A DNA stretch of 64,000 nucleotides from Octopus sinensis (GCF_006345805.1 NC_043006.1:53754001-53818000); one strand, 5' to 3'; positions 1-11,672 are shown, counted from the stretch's first letter. The notes: generated by a model not told the origin, from the letters alone. Made by a program: numbers and translations.

Positions 1-16
1 ATGTGTGTGTATGTGT

Positions 17-66
<50 letters not shown>
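1..66. repeat. (GT)n microsatellite
   Basis: Direct reading of the sequence. Confidence 0.95.
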
Positions 67-68
<2 letters not shown>

Positions 69-335
69 ACGCGCGCACGTGTAAATGAATAGTGAAAGAT
101 GTGAATTCAGAGAATCGTGCAGCTATGACAGAATGTTCATCATATGGACTCAACTATCAGTCCAAATGATAATAAATTACAAAACGTGTGATGTACAGTA
201 TCCGTGTAACGGAAAATCCGGTAAATTCAGAAAATCCAAGCGATAAAATTATTTCATGGGATGTATATTAAAAACATAAAGTCAGGAAGCATAAGAGGTG
301 AATATATATTTCTATCTAACCACATAACTTCTATA

Positions 336-496
336 GGATTACAGCCGTTTCGTAACTTTCTTCATGTAGTATTAACTTCAGTATGGAAGAAATTCTACAT
401 ACGTTTTCATTAATATGCATGCTCTGCATTACGCAATATAATTTCATATTCACAAATTAATGCATATAGAATGAAGAAAAAACAACTAATCAGATT
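336..496 (-). ncRNA. Decayed type I hammerhead-ribozyme-like motif with long stem II (probable Penelope pLTR remnant)
   Basis: Minus strand reads CTGATTA (one mismatch to CUGAUGA), then a long stem II containing the 9-bp pair TTTCTTCAT/ATGAAGAAA, then GAAA, near-palindromic ACGGCTGT and a GUA triplet. Stem I is weak. Confidence 0.4.
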
Positions 497-504
497 ATCG
501 GAAC

Positions 505-507
<3 letters not shown>

Positions 508-554
<47 letters not shown>

Positions 555-608
555 ATATACATACATATATATATATATATTTGTGTGTGTGTGTGTTGTG
601 TGTGTGTG
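508..608. repeat. (TA)n/(TG)n compound microsatellite
   Basis: Direct reading. Confidence 0.95.
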
Positions 609-629
609 GTAAAGGATGCACAATAATGG

Positions 630-1450
630 CACTACCACATTTATTCGATATGACCACCTTTGCTTCGAACCACAGTTTAGGTGCGAATGCTTCACACATT
701 CTTGCGGAATGGAAGCCCATTCCCGGCACAGTTTTACCTTCAGAGCATCGAGCGAAGCATGAGGAGTGCTCGAGATACTCGTCTGCAAAATGGACCAAAC
801 AGAAAAATCCAGCGGGTTGAAATCGGATCTTCTATATATCCTTGCCTATGAACGGCGGAATGTTTTCCTGAATCCAATATTGTGTCTATTTGGAGCTGTG
901 AGACCACCGAGGCCTTTTGAAGGCTCCAAGGTGTGCCTTGAAAGTGCTCATTCGCGTATGGAAGCAGTTCAGCTTCCAGAATGTCGTTAATGTATCGCTG
1001 GATGTTAATTTTAACACCCGAGGGCATCAAAACGAGGGGATACTTTCCACTGGCTGTCACATCCGCCCAAACTATAACTGACAGTGGATTTTGGCGTCTA
1101 CCCTCGATGAAGCCAGATATACTCCAAAATCAGTCATTCTGGTGATTTATTCTCTGTTCGATGTCAAATTTCTGTTCATCAGTGAACACCAGGTTGGGCA
1201 GCGTACCTTCAGCAATATGACGCAGTATAAGACGAGTTCTCTCTTGTTTCATGACCTTATAAATTTGCGCAAGCTAATGATGGCAGATTATCTTGTAGGG
1301 GTAGGTCCTGAGATCCTCCTTCAGCACTCGATACATCGATATTCGGCTTATTTTTTCCTGTGGCAGCCGAACAGATTCAATATTTTCCACTTTTGTTTTG
1401 CAATCACAAGCCGAAATAATGCTAAAATATCAAGTTTCTTGTTTGTCTAA
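630..1450 (-). pseudogene. Tc1/mariner-superfamily (maT/DD37D-like) transposase remnant, frameshifted
   Basis: Minus-strand fragments PNLVFTDEQKFDIEQRINHQND, VWADVTASGKYPLVLMPSGVKINIQRYINDILEAELLP and STPHASLDALKVKLCREWASIPQE match the first catalytic D region and the C-terminus of these transposases. Confidence 0.8.
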
Positions 1451-1606
1451 GAAGCATTTATTACCACAGTCTGCTTGAAGGCAGAAAATCTGGAGCGAAA
1501 CTTTGTGTGATTAGATCACAAAAAAGTCGACCAATCGGGGTAGAATTCTCCCGCTGAGAGATCAACACAACAATACACCATTGACAAAACTTTTCTCAAC
1601 TCATGT

Positions 1607-1797
1607 AGTTTCAGTCATTTGACTGTGGCCATGCTGCAGCACCGCCATTAGTCTAGCGAATCGACCCCAGGACTTATTCTTTGTAAGCCTAGTACTTATT
1701 CTATCGGTCTCTTTTGCCGAACCGCTAAGTTACGGGGACGTAAACTCACCAGCATCGGTTGTCAAGTGATGTTGGTGAGACAAACACAGACACACAG
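1607..1797 (-). mobile_element. SINE family A, 3' half
   Basis: Same sequence as the 3' halves at 7400-7595, 13466-13665 and 15130-15330. Confidence 0.85.
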
Positions 1798-1802
1798 CGT
1801 AT

Positions 1803-1894
<92 letters not shown>
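1798..1894. repeat. (AC)n(AT)n microsatellite
   Basis: Direct reading. Confidence 0.95.
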
Positions 1895-1898
<4 letters not shown>

Positions 1899-1920
1899 AT
1901 GTTACATTACTCGGTAGTCA

Positions 1921-1983
1921 AGATAAAACTCTGAGTTTCAGATGCCGAAGTGGAAATCCACAACACCATCTCTTCGGTTATCT
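1921..1983 (-). ncRNA. Type I hammerhead-ribozyme-like motif in the Penelope 3' end/pLTR
   Basis: Stem I AGATAA/TTATCT (6 bp), core CCGAAGA (U4 to C), stem II GATG...CATC, GAAA, palindromic stem III ACTC-A-GAGT, GUU cleavage triplet. Confidence 0.65.
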
Positions 1984-2175
1984 GGCTATTTGAAAACGTT
2001 ATGAAAAAATACCGTTAAATAAAGGGAAATTACTCTGTTATAACTCTGCTTGCCTGCGTACTTATACATCGCTCGCATTTTTCGTCATAAAAATTATATA
2101 AAAATACATAAAAAATATATAAAAATATATAAAAATATATAAATTCTTCTTGGGACATAACATAGAAAGCATGTT

Positions 2176-2580
2176 CTATCTGTTTTCTTTAGGGGACCAA
2201 AAACGTAACAGAAATTTAGTCACATGTGGGCATGATCCGAAAAGCTCTGTCCTTGTATTTAGACATGTAGTAGGGTCTAAGCTGCTTTTCCAGATAAGCC
2301 ATCTCTCCATGTCGCATAGACCGCACCTTCCGCTGCCGTTAGTATAGGGCTTACATCTGGCCAAAATCTTCCATTGTATGTTATAATCGACACCTTTATC
2401 TCTTAAAGAGCAAATATGATTAGACAATTGTGTCGCTTTTCTTTTGTTCCAGTGCCTAAAGCTCAAAGTGTGGTTATTGAACCTGGCCTTGAAATTACCC
2501 TCTGTAAGGCCCACGTATTTCTTCGTCGAAACGGTGTCTTTAGTGGTTATAGAGTTTACGGTAGCTTCATCTTCGCTAGT
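2176..2580 (-). pseudogene. Inverted C-terminal GIY-YIG endonuclease segment of the Penelope-like element
   Basis: EATVNSITTKDTVSTKKYVGLTEGNFKARFNNH...CGLCDMERWLIWKSSLDPTTCLNTRTELFGSCPH, ending at a stop. Confidence 0.85.
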
Positions 2581-3279
2581 GACTTCATAGAAATTAGTAC
2601 CAATGATAAGGAAATAATCTTCCATGCTAGAAAGACCTTACTTTTTAGTGAGGACGCAAAGTGGGTAAAAAACACCGACACAGAGGGCGCTTTCGATGTG
2701 AGCATGGGTTCATATGATGGGGCAGGCATCTGTGATCTAATTGGACTTTTTCTCCTAGATACCTTAGGTAAGACATTCCCTAACGTACATTTCGCCATCT
2801 ACAAAGATGATGCCCTCGCCTTAACAGCTAATACAAATGGACCAGCACAAGATCGTTTTAGGAAGGATATTATCCAGTTAATGAAACACTTCGGACTTAG
2901 TATAACTATAGATACTAACCTGACGGTTGTCAATTTCTTAGACGTTTCTTTAGATCTTAATAAGAATATTTATAAGCCTTATAGGAAGCCCAATGATAGA
3001 CTAAGTTATATTAATGTAGGTTCATGCCATCCCCCTATAGTATTCAAAAATTTAGTTAAAAATATTAGTAAGAGGATTTCTAGCCTCTCATCTGATGAGG
3101 ACATCTTCAATAGCGTTGCCCCAGTTTATAATAAGGCTTTAAAAGATAGTGGTTTTACCGATAAAATAAAATATACACCTATCACTAGCCCAACAGTAAG
3201 GAAAAGGAATAATAGAAATAGGAAGGTCATCTGGTTTACGCCCCCCTTACTCACCCGAAGTGGCCTTCAATATAGGTAA
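2581..3279 (+). pseudogene. Penelope-like reverse transcriptase (5'-truncated; frameshift before the endonuclease)
   Basis: FDVSMGSYDGAGICDLIGLFLL, YKDD, NFLDVSLDL, YKPYRKP, YINVGSCHPP and KVIWFTPP are PLE RT and thumb motifs. Confidence 0.88.
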
Positions 3280-3723
3280 ATATTTCCTAGCACTGATAGA
3301 TAGACATTTTCCAGTTAACCATACTTATAGGAAACTCTTCAATAGACACAATTTAAAAATTAGTTTTAGTTCAACTACCAATTTTAAAAGCATAATCAAA
3401 CATAACATACAAAAAACACAAGAAGAAAACAGCTGTTCATGCAGGAATAAAGAATTGTGCCCGCTAAATGGAGCTTGCATGTCCAAGACCATCATATATG
3501 AAGCTACCGTAAACTCTATAACCACTAAAGACACCGTTTCGACGAAGAAATACGTGGGCCTTACAGAGGGTAATTTCAAGGCCAGGTTCAATAACCACAC
3601 TTTGAGCTTTAGGCACTGGAACAAAAGAAAAGCGACACAATTGTCTAATCATATTTGGTCTTTAAGAGATAAAGGTGTCGATTATGACATACAATGGAAG
3701 ATTTTGGCCAGATGTAAACCCTA

Positions 3724-3727
<4 letters not shown>
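3260..3727 (+). pseudogene. Penelope-like GIY-YIG endonuclease, truncated at (TA)n
   Basis: CSCRNKELCPLNGAC (CxCx5C), IIYEATV...KYVGLT, RFNNH; the frame runs into the TA microsatellite after ARCKPYT. Confidence 0.85.
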
Positions 3728-3789
<62 letters not shown>

Positions 3790-3792
<3 letters not shown>

Positions 3793-4293
3793 ATAAAACT
3801 GTAGTTGTGTGAGTGTCTGTCCCCTTCGATTTAGATTCCTAACTACTCCCACATTTTGCGGTGCAGTTTAACCAAATTCGGGTATCTTATAGTCGTGATT
3901 CATATCGAGCCCGTCTGAGTATTAGCGCGCGTCTACGATGAGTCTACGATTTTAAAAATAATTTAACATCATTTTTTATTCCATTTTAATGCATAATTTT
4001 TCGTGTGTCGATGGCGGCGGAGTTGGCGTCCATGGTCACACCTGCACCTGTTTGCTTCTCCCCCTTCTTCCCTCCCTCGTGAAGCTGTGGGGAAGGGAGT
4101 GTAAGGAATCAACGTCGTAAATCGTTGTCAAGGAGACCAGCGTTCTTTTAGAACAACGACTTCATGGCTTGAAGACACCAAAACAGAAATGGCTAAGAAA
4201 GCCCGAATTGGCATCTATAAGGGAAGTAACTCTAAAAATGCTTATATAGTTATTTCCCTTACAAACCCGAGCAACGCCGGGCGATACTGCTAC
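3790..4293 (+). mobile_element. Non-autonomous Helitron with GC-rich internal cargo
   Basis: 3' hairpin CCCGAGCAACGCCGGG followed by GCGATACTGCTAC (CTAG decayed). The body is shared with 27228-27626 and 45153-45998. Confidence 0.8.
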
Positions 4294-4294
4294 T

Positions 4295-4316
4295 ATGTAT
4301 GTATGTATATAATATA

Positions 4317-4375
<59 letters not shown>

Positions 4376-4379
4376 TATA

Positions 4380-4463
<84 letters not shown>

Positions 4464-4476
4464 CATATATATATAC
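4295..4476. repeat. (TA)n low-complexity tract
   Basis: Direct reading. Confidence 0.95.
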
Positions 4477-4633
4477 GACGGGCTTCTTTCAGTTTCCGTC
4501 TACCAAATCCACTCACAAGGCTTTGGTCGGTCCGAGGCTATAGTAGAAGACACTTGCCCAAGGTGCCACGCAGTGGAACTGAACCCAGAACCATGTGGCA
4601 AGCTACTTACCACACAGCCACTCCTACGCCTGC
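4477..4633 (-). mobile_element. SINE family A, 5' half (tRNA-like head, CCTTGGGCAAG CORE-like motif)
   Basis: Reverse complement shows an A box (TGGCTGTGTGG), a B box (GGTTCAGTTCC) and GCCTTGTGAGTGGATTTGGTAGACGGAAACTGAAAGAAGCCCGTC. Confidence 0.85.
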
Positions 4634-5199
4634 GTATGAATTACTGTTTTATTTATTTTTTCGTTTTATTTTGTTTCGTTCTATTTGTCAGCTAAAACAT
4701 GTGCAAATGAAATGGAGAATGAGGAAATCACCACTTTTTTAAAAATCTTTCTACCTTTCTAGATAGTTTATAGCCAGTAATTGGATATATATTTATTCCA
4801 TGATACTAATTTCTTCTTTGCAAAATGCAGAGAAGAAATTATTAATGGTTTCTGATTAAGACAAAATGCCAACAATTTTTTTGACGATGTGGGGGTTAGT
4901 CGATTTCATCAATTCCAGTACTCGACTGGACCTTAATTTTATCAACCCCGAGAAGATGAAGGGCAAAGCTGAGTTTGGTGTATAACAACTCAATCAAGTC
5001 ATCACTCTATTATAGGCAAATCATTAATACAGTATATCTTAAACGCCGAGTTAAAGAGCTGAGATTGATTTTTTACCAATTAACTTTTCCTAAATTAATA
5101 AACGTAACACCACTTAATTAGAAATAAACTAGTTCAATCGTTTTAAATACCATAATTTTTCATTCCGTTTGATTATCAGGATTTGCTCGACAAAGCCAT

Positions 5200-5560
5200 T
5201 GTCAAGGGATGGCACGTGACCTCATAACCCTATAAAAGACGGCCGCCGCAGCTTTCTAGCCAGTGCAGTACGTATAAAATTGGTCTGGAACCGCAATAAC
5301 TGAAGAATGCCACCAAGGACATAGGCACAGTAGCTAAAGGTGGCTATAGTTGATAAGAGACCGCCAGTAGAACCCTTCTGTGGATAAAAACTAATTCAGT
5401 CCTCGTTGCCTCACCCAGGTGATGCGCGCGGGCTAAGGAGCTAAACGCTTGTGACCCTAAGATACCTTCTGACGATACCGAAGCGTTTCCAATATTGTTA
5501 AGGATTTAGAAGAGCTTGTAAAACCTCTGAGTAGCTGCTGAAGTTTCTGCAGGGAGCAAA
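5200..5560 (+). other. GC-richer insert, possibly an LTR or 5' UTR fragment of a retroelement
   Basis: Begins TGTCAAGG, contains CTATAAAAG and sits between degenerate AT-rich direct repeats. No second copy in the window. Confidence 0.2.
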
Positions 5561-6880
5561 GCATTTCCCATGTTTATATCACCTAAATTAATAAATGTAA
5601 TGCCAGGAATTAGAGATGAGCTAGTTCAATCATCTTAAATCCAATAATTTTGATTTAAGCTTGATTTTTACCAATCAACAATTATATGAATTAATGAATG
5701 TAATACCAGGAATTACAAATTAGCTGGTACAATTATCTACTTATTATCTAACTTCCTTAAGAAAACAATAGTTTGTTTGTTTTTTATGTCCTGCATTTGT
5801 AAACAATAGTGTTGTTTGGTTACACCTGTACTTAACAAAAATTGTGAGACCAAAGAGTAACCTGATAATTAAGGAAAATAAAGTGAATTTAAAAGAGTAG
5901 CATCTGGTCAGTTCAAGCTCATGAATGCTATTATTTTCATGCAAAGTGATAAAATCTATTACAGGGATTTATCGTCGAACATTAAGCCATGCCCCCACAA
6001 AGCTATCCTAGTGACGAGAGCCGCTAGAAATGTAGTAGAGAACAGAACGATACCTACTAAAGGGATGGATGCGTCAACTGTAGGCCAAACGACAATCTAG
6101 CAAAATCGTGGAGATTCAGGGGAAGAATTCCTGTGGAAAAGCATGAAGAATAACTTTTGAAATGACAGTATAATCCAGGCACGACTTGCGAACTCAGCAG
6201 CATGCATCACGTGTGTATGTATGTATGTATGTATGTATGTATGTATGTATGTTATGTATGTATGTATGCATATGTATATGCATTTATATATATGAACATA
6301 TACTTTGATAGGTTTCGGCCATTATTGGCCCAGGCCATGTCTTAGCACCACACACAGACACATACACACACATATATACACATGCATACATATATGTATA
6401 TACATTAAAGTTTGCTTTTATGTCAAGTTACATATAAAACCAGTTTAAGATAACATTAATCTGAAAGATTACCCAATATTTTTCTAGTAGAGTACATGCT
6501 TATTAAAACTTTACAAGAGGGGGTGACAGTGATTTCGAAGTTTCAGACTGTATTTGTATGTATGCATGCATGTATGTATGTATGTATGTATGTATGTATG
6601 TATGTATGTATGTATGTATGTATGACAGTCGCTGTCAATTTGATCTCTCATTGTAGATATATACCAGCAACATCTCGGTAACATAAATACAGTGAACCCT
6701 CACGTGACTACCTATCATTGGTTTTGCTTTAAATTTCTTGTGTGAAAACTGTTTATTTTATTCTATTCCTTATAAAATAGTTCGATGTTGAAAGTAGTTA
6801 TGAAAGACATAATATGCTGTCGTGTCTAAAAGTACTTGTAGGTCGTAGAGATTATTGTAAAAAAAAAAATACTGGGCGGT

Positions 6881-6956
6881 AGACTTAACCTTGGGTGATA
6901 GACTTAATCTTGGGTGGTGAACTTAATCTTAGGTGGTGAACTTAATCTTGGGTAGT
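6881..6956. repeat. 19-bp minisatellite, 4 copies
   Basis: Units such as AGACTTAATCTTGGGTGGT and GAACTTAATCTTAGGTGGT. Confidence 0.85.
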
Positions 6957-7229
6957 TTTTCAGTTAAGATATCACCATCTAGTATCTTGGGTACTTTTAG
7001 CAGAGTCCACGCTGATGCAAGCACTTCAGAGTAGATCTCTGGTTTGAGGATAGTTCCCTCTCTTCCCTTCTCTCCCTCTCATCCGTGAAAGAGGCACTGT
7101 AAAGGGTCATGGGCATTGCTTTGTGTGTCGTTAACCAGCTGGAAAAGGCGTTTTCTTGGGACTAAAATGTTGCAACACAGTTCTGTATAGAACAGACATA
7201 TCATAATGGCATAAAAATGTTTTATATAT

Positions 7230-7595
7230 AGCTTGCTAACCAACCACATGGTTCCGGGTTCAGTCCCACTGCATGGCATCTTGGGCAAGTGTCTTCTGCT
7301 ATAGCCCCGGGACGACCAATGCCTTGTGAGTGGATTTGGTAGACGGAAACTGAAAGAAGCCTGTCGTATATATGTATATATATATATATGTATGTATGTG
7401 TGTGTTTGTGTGTCTGTGTTTGTCCCCCTAGCATTGCTTGACAACCGATGCTGGTGTGTTTACGTCGCCGTAACTTAGCGGTTCGGCAAAAGAGACCGAT
7501 AGAATAAGTCCCGGCGTCGATTTGCTCGACTAAAAGCGGTGTCCAGCATGGCCGCAATCAAATGACTGAAACAAGTAAAAGAGTAAAAGAGTATA
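7230..7595 (+). mobile_element. SINE family A, near full length, internal microsatellite
   Basis: B box, CORE-like motif, internal (TA)/(TG) tract and GAGTAAAA tandem tail. Confidence 0.88.
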
Positions 7596-8103
7596 TATCT
7601 TAACGTAATGACTTATAGTATATATGTTTGTATACATGTATGTGTGTATGCGTGTATGTGATAAGTAGGTATGCATGTATAATAATAATAATGTGGCACA
7701 GTAAACGACAAAGGAACATATGAAAAAAAAAACAGGAGAAAATACAGAACGGACGCGGACATGCTCGATCCTTCATCAGTGGTCGACCAAATATCATCAC
7801 AATTTCGACAGCAGTATTTTAAGCAAACATCATGAAATACCCAGTTAAAACAAACCTATAAAAATGCTCTTCATATTCCATCTGACCTTCTAAATTATGG
7901 AAACCATTGCAAATTTCAACTCAATAAATTTCCTTGTTCAACGATGTTCTTAATTGCTTTTTTTTTTTTAACGTAACCAAAATAACGTTAAATTGCCGTA
8001 AAAAGTTATGAAATCTCTGGATTAAGTGAAATAGATGAGGTGCTGACATATCAAAACAGTTTTGACTCAGTTTGCAGCTTATCTAATTATGTAACTCATA
8101 ACA

Positions 8104-8372
8104 TGGAAACTGAAAGAAGCCTGTCGTATATATATATGTATATATATATTTGTGTGTATATATTTGTGTGTCTGTGTTTGTCCCTCCCAACAACAGATGC
8201 TGGTGTGTTTACGTGCCCGTAACTTAGCGGTTTGGCAAAAGAGACCGATAGAATAAGTACTAGGCTTACAAAGAATAAGTCCTGGGGTCGATTTCCTCAA
8301 CTAAAGGCGGTGCTCCAGCATGGCCGCAGTCAAATGATTGAAACAAGTAAAAAAGTAAAAGAGTAAAAGAGC
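8104..8372 (+). mobile_element. SINE family A, 5'-truncated
   Basis: GGAAACTGAAAGAAGCC through the GAGTAAAA tail. Confidence 0.85.
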
Positions 8373-9624
8373 CAGTGAATGAGTCTCTAGACAAATAACG
8401 TATTGCATATTGTAACCAAAGATAAAATTATTCAGAAAATTATGAGATGATCACGGTTACAACATTTTTGATCTTAGGTCTGCTTAATCAGGATAAGCTG
8501 AGGCGAGGTAGGTGAGTCTCGTAAAGAAAATCGTCAACTATCGCTAGCAGCTAGTTCAGTCAAGCATAAAAAGTGTATCTCGTATACATAAAATTTGCAG
8601 TAGTACCAATAACTTCAAAATAGTCCCAAGCAATAGGATTCTTGGCTTTGACAGTGATGATCAAAGCAAACTAAAAAACCAGTAGAGATAAGGATAGAGT
8701 CTCAACAGTCACGCTCCTAAAGTGTCCACATCGTACGTGTCTTCTGAGCCCACATTAAGGACCGGCTGAGATAAAGAAACAAACTAGACGTGTGCAATTA
8801 GCGGTGGTTGAGCGTTTCGTCACACTAACTGCGGCCGGGTCTCTGACGCAGTCTACTGAGATGCAGTAGAACTGCGCCAGTAACCAGGTCGCAGTCGGCG
8901 CAACGAAGATTTTGACTCGAAATAATAAAAGCTTAAGTGAAGTTAAATGAATAAAGGACGATATGTTGATGGATGAAATATATTTATCATAGGTCTGCTC
9001 CGTCAGGTCTAATCTGGACTAAAGAAACGAACAAACAACAAAAGCAATAGGAATAAACAAACAACAAAAATAACAATAAGAACAAACAAAACCAGTAATG
9101 TACGAACAATACATTAGATCCATTATAAACCATGCAAGTCACAATGAACGACAACTGATTACGATATAAAGAACACACTGTATGTGATTTTTGTCTTTAG
9201 ATGGTCACAGGCTGCCAACACACACACAAATACACTGTCACCACCGCCACAATCACCTACACAATGTAACAAAAATACTAGAAATGAAAGACTACCTGGA
9301 CAATGCGAGGGTACGGTTTGTCACTGCAGTAAAGTCCAGTCCACACAGTCCTTGCCCCTGCATGTAAAATCATCTCCAAACAACCAAACACTTTTAAAAT
9401 GAAATGATGTACCAATGGCTCACGTACCTTCCTTCTTTCATTAACTGACGATTGCGCTCTACTTTAACCTTCAGTCTGATGGCCTTTTCTTTAATCTGCT
9501 CTGGTAAATATATGTAATTATAATACACCCTCGTTCTTTCTCTCTCTGTCTCATCACCTTTCACTCCACCTTTTTTTCTACTCCTCCATCTACCTAACTA
9601 TCTATTTATTTATCTATCCTTATT

Positions 9625-9661
9625 TATTTATACACACACCCACTTGCACATACACCACACA

Positions 9662-9703
<42 letters not shown>

Positions 9704-9759
9704 CATACATACATACATACATACACACACACACACCACACACACACACACACACACAC

Positions 9760-9795
<36 letters not shown>

Positions 9796-9800
9796 ATTAT
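9625..9800. repeat. Compound (CA)/(TA)/(TACA) microsatellite
   Basis: Direct reading. Confidence 0.95.
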
Positions 9801-10202
9801 ATATTCGTGCGTTGCGTTCGTGATTCCACATGAGTTATTTATCTTCATCATTATTATCACCCATGACTGTTTTTATATACATTGGATAAACAGTTCAAAC
9901 ACAACAACCGGCACATCTTTGCTAAAACCAAGGTCACACAATGTGATGTCTGTATGTTATTTGTAATAATATCTAATAATTTCTTCTAACATTGGTACAA
10001 TGCCACAAACGTGTAGGCGAGGGGGGGGGTTATGGCTTTATGGCTAATTAAATCGATTCCAGCACTTTATTTGTTGTTACTTAATTGATTCTAAAAAGAT
10101 AAATTGAGATGTTGACCTTATTGGTGTACGAAATTAAACGTGAATAGACGCGACAAAATCTTGTGAGGTATTTTAACGGGGCTTGACCACCTCTAACAAA
10201 CA

Positions 10203-10207
<5 letters not shown>

Positions 10208-10283
<76 letters not shown>

Positions 10284-10301
10284 GTAATAATAATGATAAT
10301 A

Positions 10302-10348
<47 letters not shown>

Positions 10349-10358
10349 AATGATGATA
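10208..10358. repeat. (AAT)n-(GAT)n compound microsatellite
   Basis: Direct reading; it produces the spurious poly-His/Tyr/Ile ORF 10173-10472. Confidence 0.95.
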
Positions 10359-10545
10359 ACCTAAGAATATTGGAGCTGTTGTCAGGCTCGAAGTGATCCA
10401 GAAGACAGCATTGTTGGGTACAGCTCGCATTCTAAGGAGAGTAATGTCTCTTTGAGTCACAGGAGAAGGCACTACATGAAACCTTTGGTGATTTGTTATT
10501 GCCTGCTTTCAAGTAAAGAACAACCAGAAATTAAGAATTATCCGA
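10359..10545 (+). mobile_element. 3' end of an R4/Dong-like LINE
   Basis: Encodes EVIQKTALLGTARILRRVMSL*, typical of R4-clade C-termini. It adjoins AAT-type repeats, the known Dong target. Confidence 0.6.
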
Positions 10546-11061
10546 GAGACTTTCAGAATAATAACCAAGACAAAACAATGTACATGATGGAAGTGTTATC
10601 ATGGACATTGTTTTGTCTTGGTATAAACGATGGGCTACAGCAAATATTCTGCTCAATATCACAGATTTGCTTGTCAGTTGTTTGACCTTAACCAGTTGAG
10701 CATGTCCCTTAGTGACTGACGATATATACATCTCTTATCACGAGCATCACAGCTACGTGTTAAGAGGAATTTGGTGGGGGGTTGGATAATTCACCTTTGG
10801 AAACATAGGTGTTTCGTTCACCATCCTCAAACAATCCTTATTCAGGGACCTTTTGAGCGGGATGAAATACTCGACCTGAAGAAAATTCTAACGGAGCCCT
10901 ACTTGCAAGGTTATGTGCTGCTTATCTTGATATGAGATCACCATGTCATGCACATATAGTTGTGATGTATGTGCCTTATCAGACGGGTAGTTATGATGGG
11001 TATACTGGGCTTTGTATACTTTGCCCCAGTGTCAGTTTGATGGCATGCACTGCTCTTACTC

Positions 11062-11098
<37 letters not shown>
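10545..11098 (+). mobile_element. Interspersed SINE-like family D with (AAT)n tail
   Basis: Homologous copies at about 48470-48870 and 49585-50145; ends GCATGCACTGCTCT...(AAT)n. Confidence 0.75.
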
Positions 11099-11174
11099 GT
11101 TTCAAATTTTGGCACAAAGCCAGCAATTTCGGGGTAGGGGGATAGACCCCAGTGTTAAACTGGTACTTATTGGT

Positions 11175-11672
11175 GATCCAGTGCTGATGTCATCCACTAC
11201 AACTTCATGAGACTGGTAAGTCAATTACAGTGGATGTTTACATTGGATGACATGATGAGTGAACTTGCAATTAAACAACCGAGATTGGTCAACAGAGACA
11301 GCCCAATTCTCTTGCAAGACAATGCTCGACCACATGTTGCACAAAGAACGCTACTCAAGTTATAGGAACCGAACTTGGAAGTACTCTGATATCCACCATA
11401 TTCACCAAACCTTGCACCAACTGATTATCACGTTTTCCAGGCATTAGAAACTTTTTGCAAGGAAAAACTTCAAATCTGAAGCCTTTCGTGATTTCATCAC
11501 CTGGTGCTCTCCAGAATTCTTCGCTGCCGACATAAATAAGCTACTGATAAAATGGCAAAATTGTATTGATAATTTAGGAGCATACTTTGATTAACTGCAT
11601 TGCTTTTTGTTGAGATAAAGTAAAATAAACTTTCAGCTCAAAATCGGACATTTCATTCTTAATGACCTGCGA
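11175..11672 (+). pseudogene. Mariner transposase 3' remnant (cecropia/Hsmar1-like)
   Basis: ILLQDNARPHVA and PPYSPNLAPTDYH motifs, with stops and frameshifts. Confidence 0.8.

Larger units (their letters stand above)
1895..3727 (+). mobile_element. Penelope-like retroelement (RT + C-terminal GIY-YIG), 5'-truncated, with inverted copy of its 3' end; flanked by (TA)n
   Basis: RT and GIY-YIG coding on + at 2581-3727. The segment from about 2355 to 2580 is the reverse complement of 3497-3723, and the minus strand continues to the stop at 2176 and a 3' UTR containing a hammerhead motif. Confidence 0.9.

Noticed and set aside
5385-5460. HDV-like ribozyme (TCCTCGT...GCTAA)
   Set aside because: I could not build complementary P1 and P2 helices.
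7745-7785. Hammerhead-like CTGATGA on the minus strand
   Set aside because: GAAA is absent and stem I does not pair.
10173-10472. ORF with poly-His, poly-Tyr and poly-Ile runs
   Set aside because: Translation of the (AAT)n/(GAT)n microsatellite.
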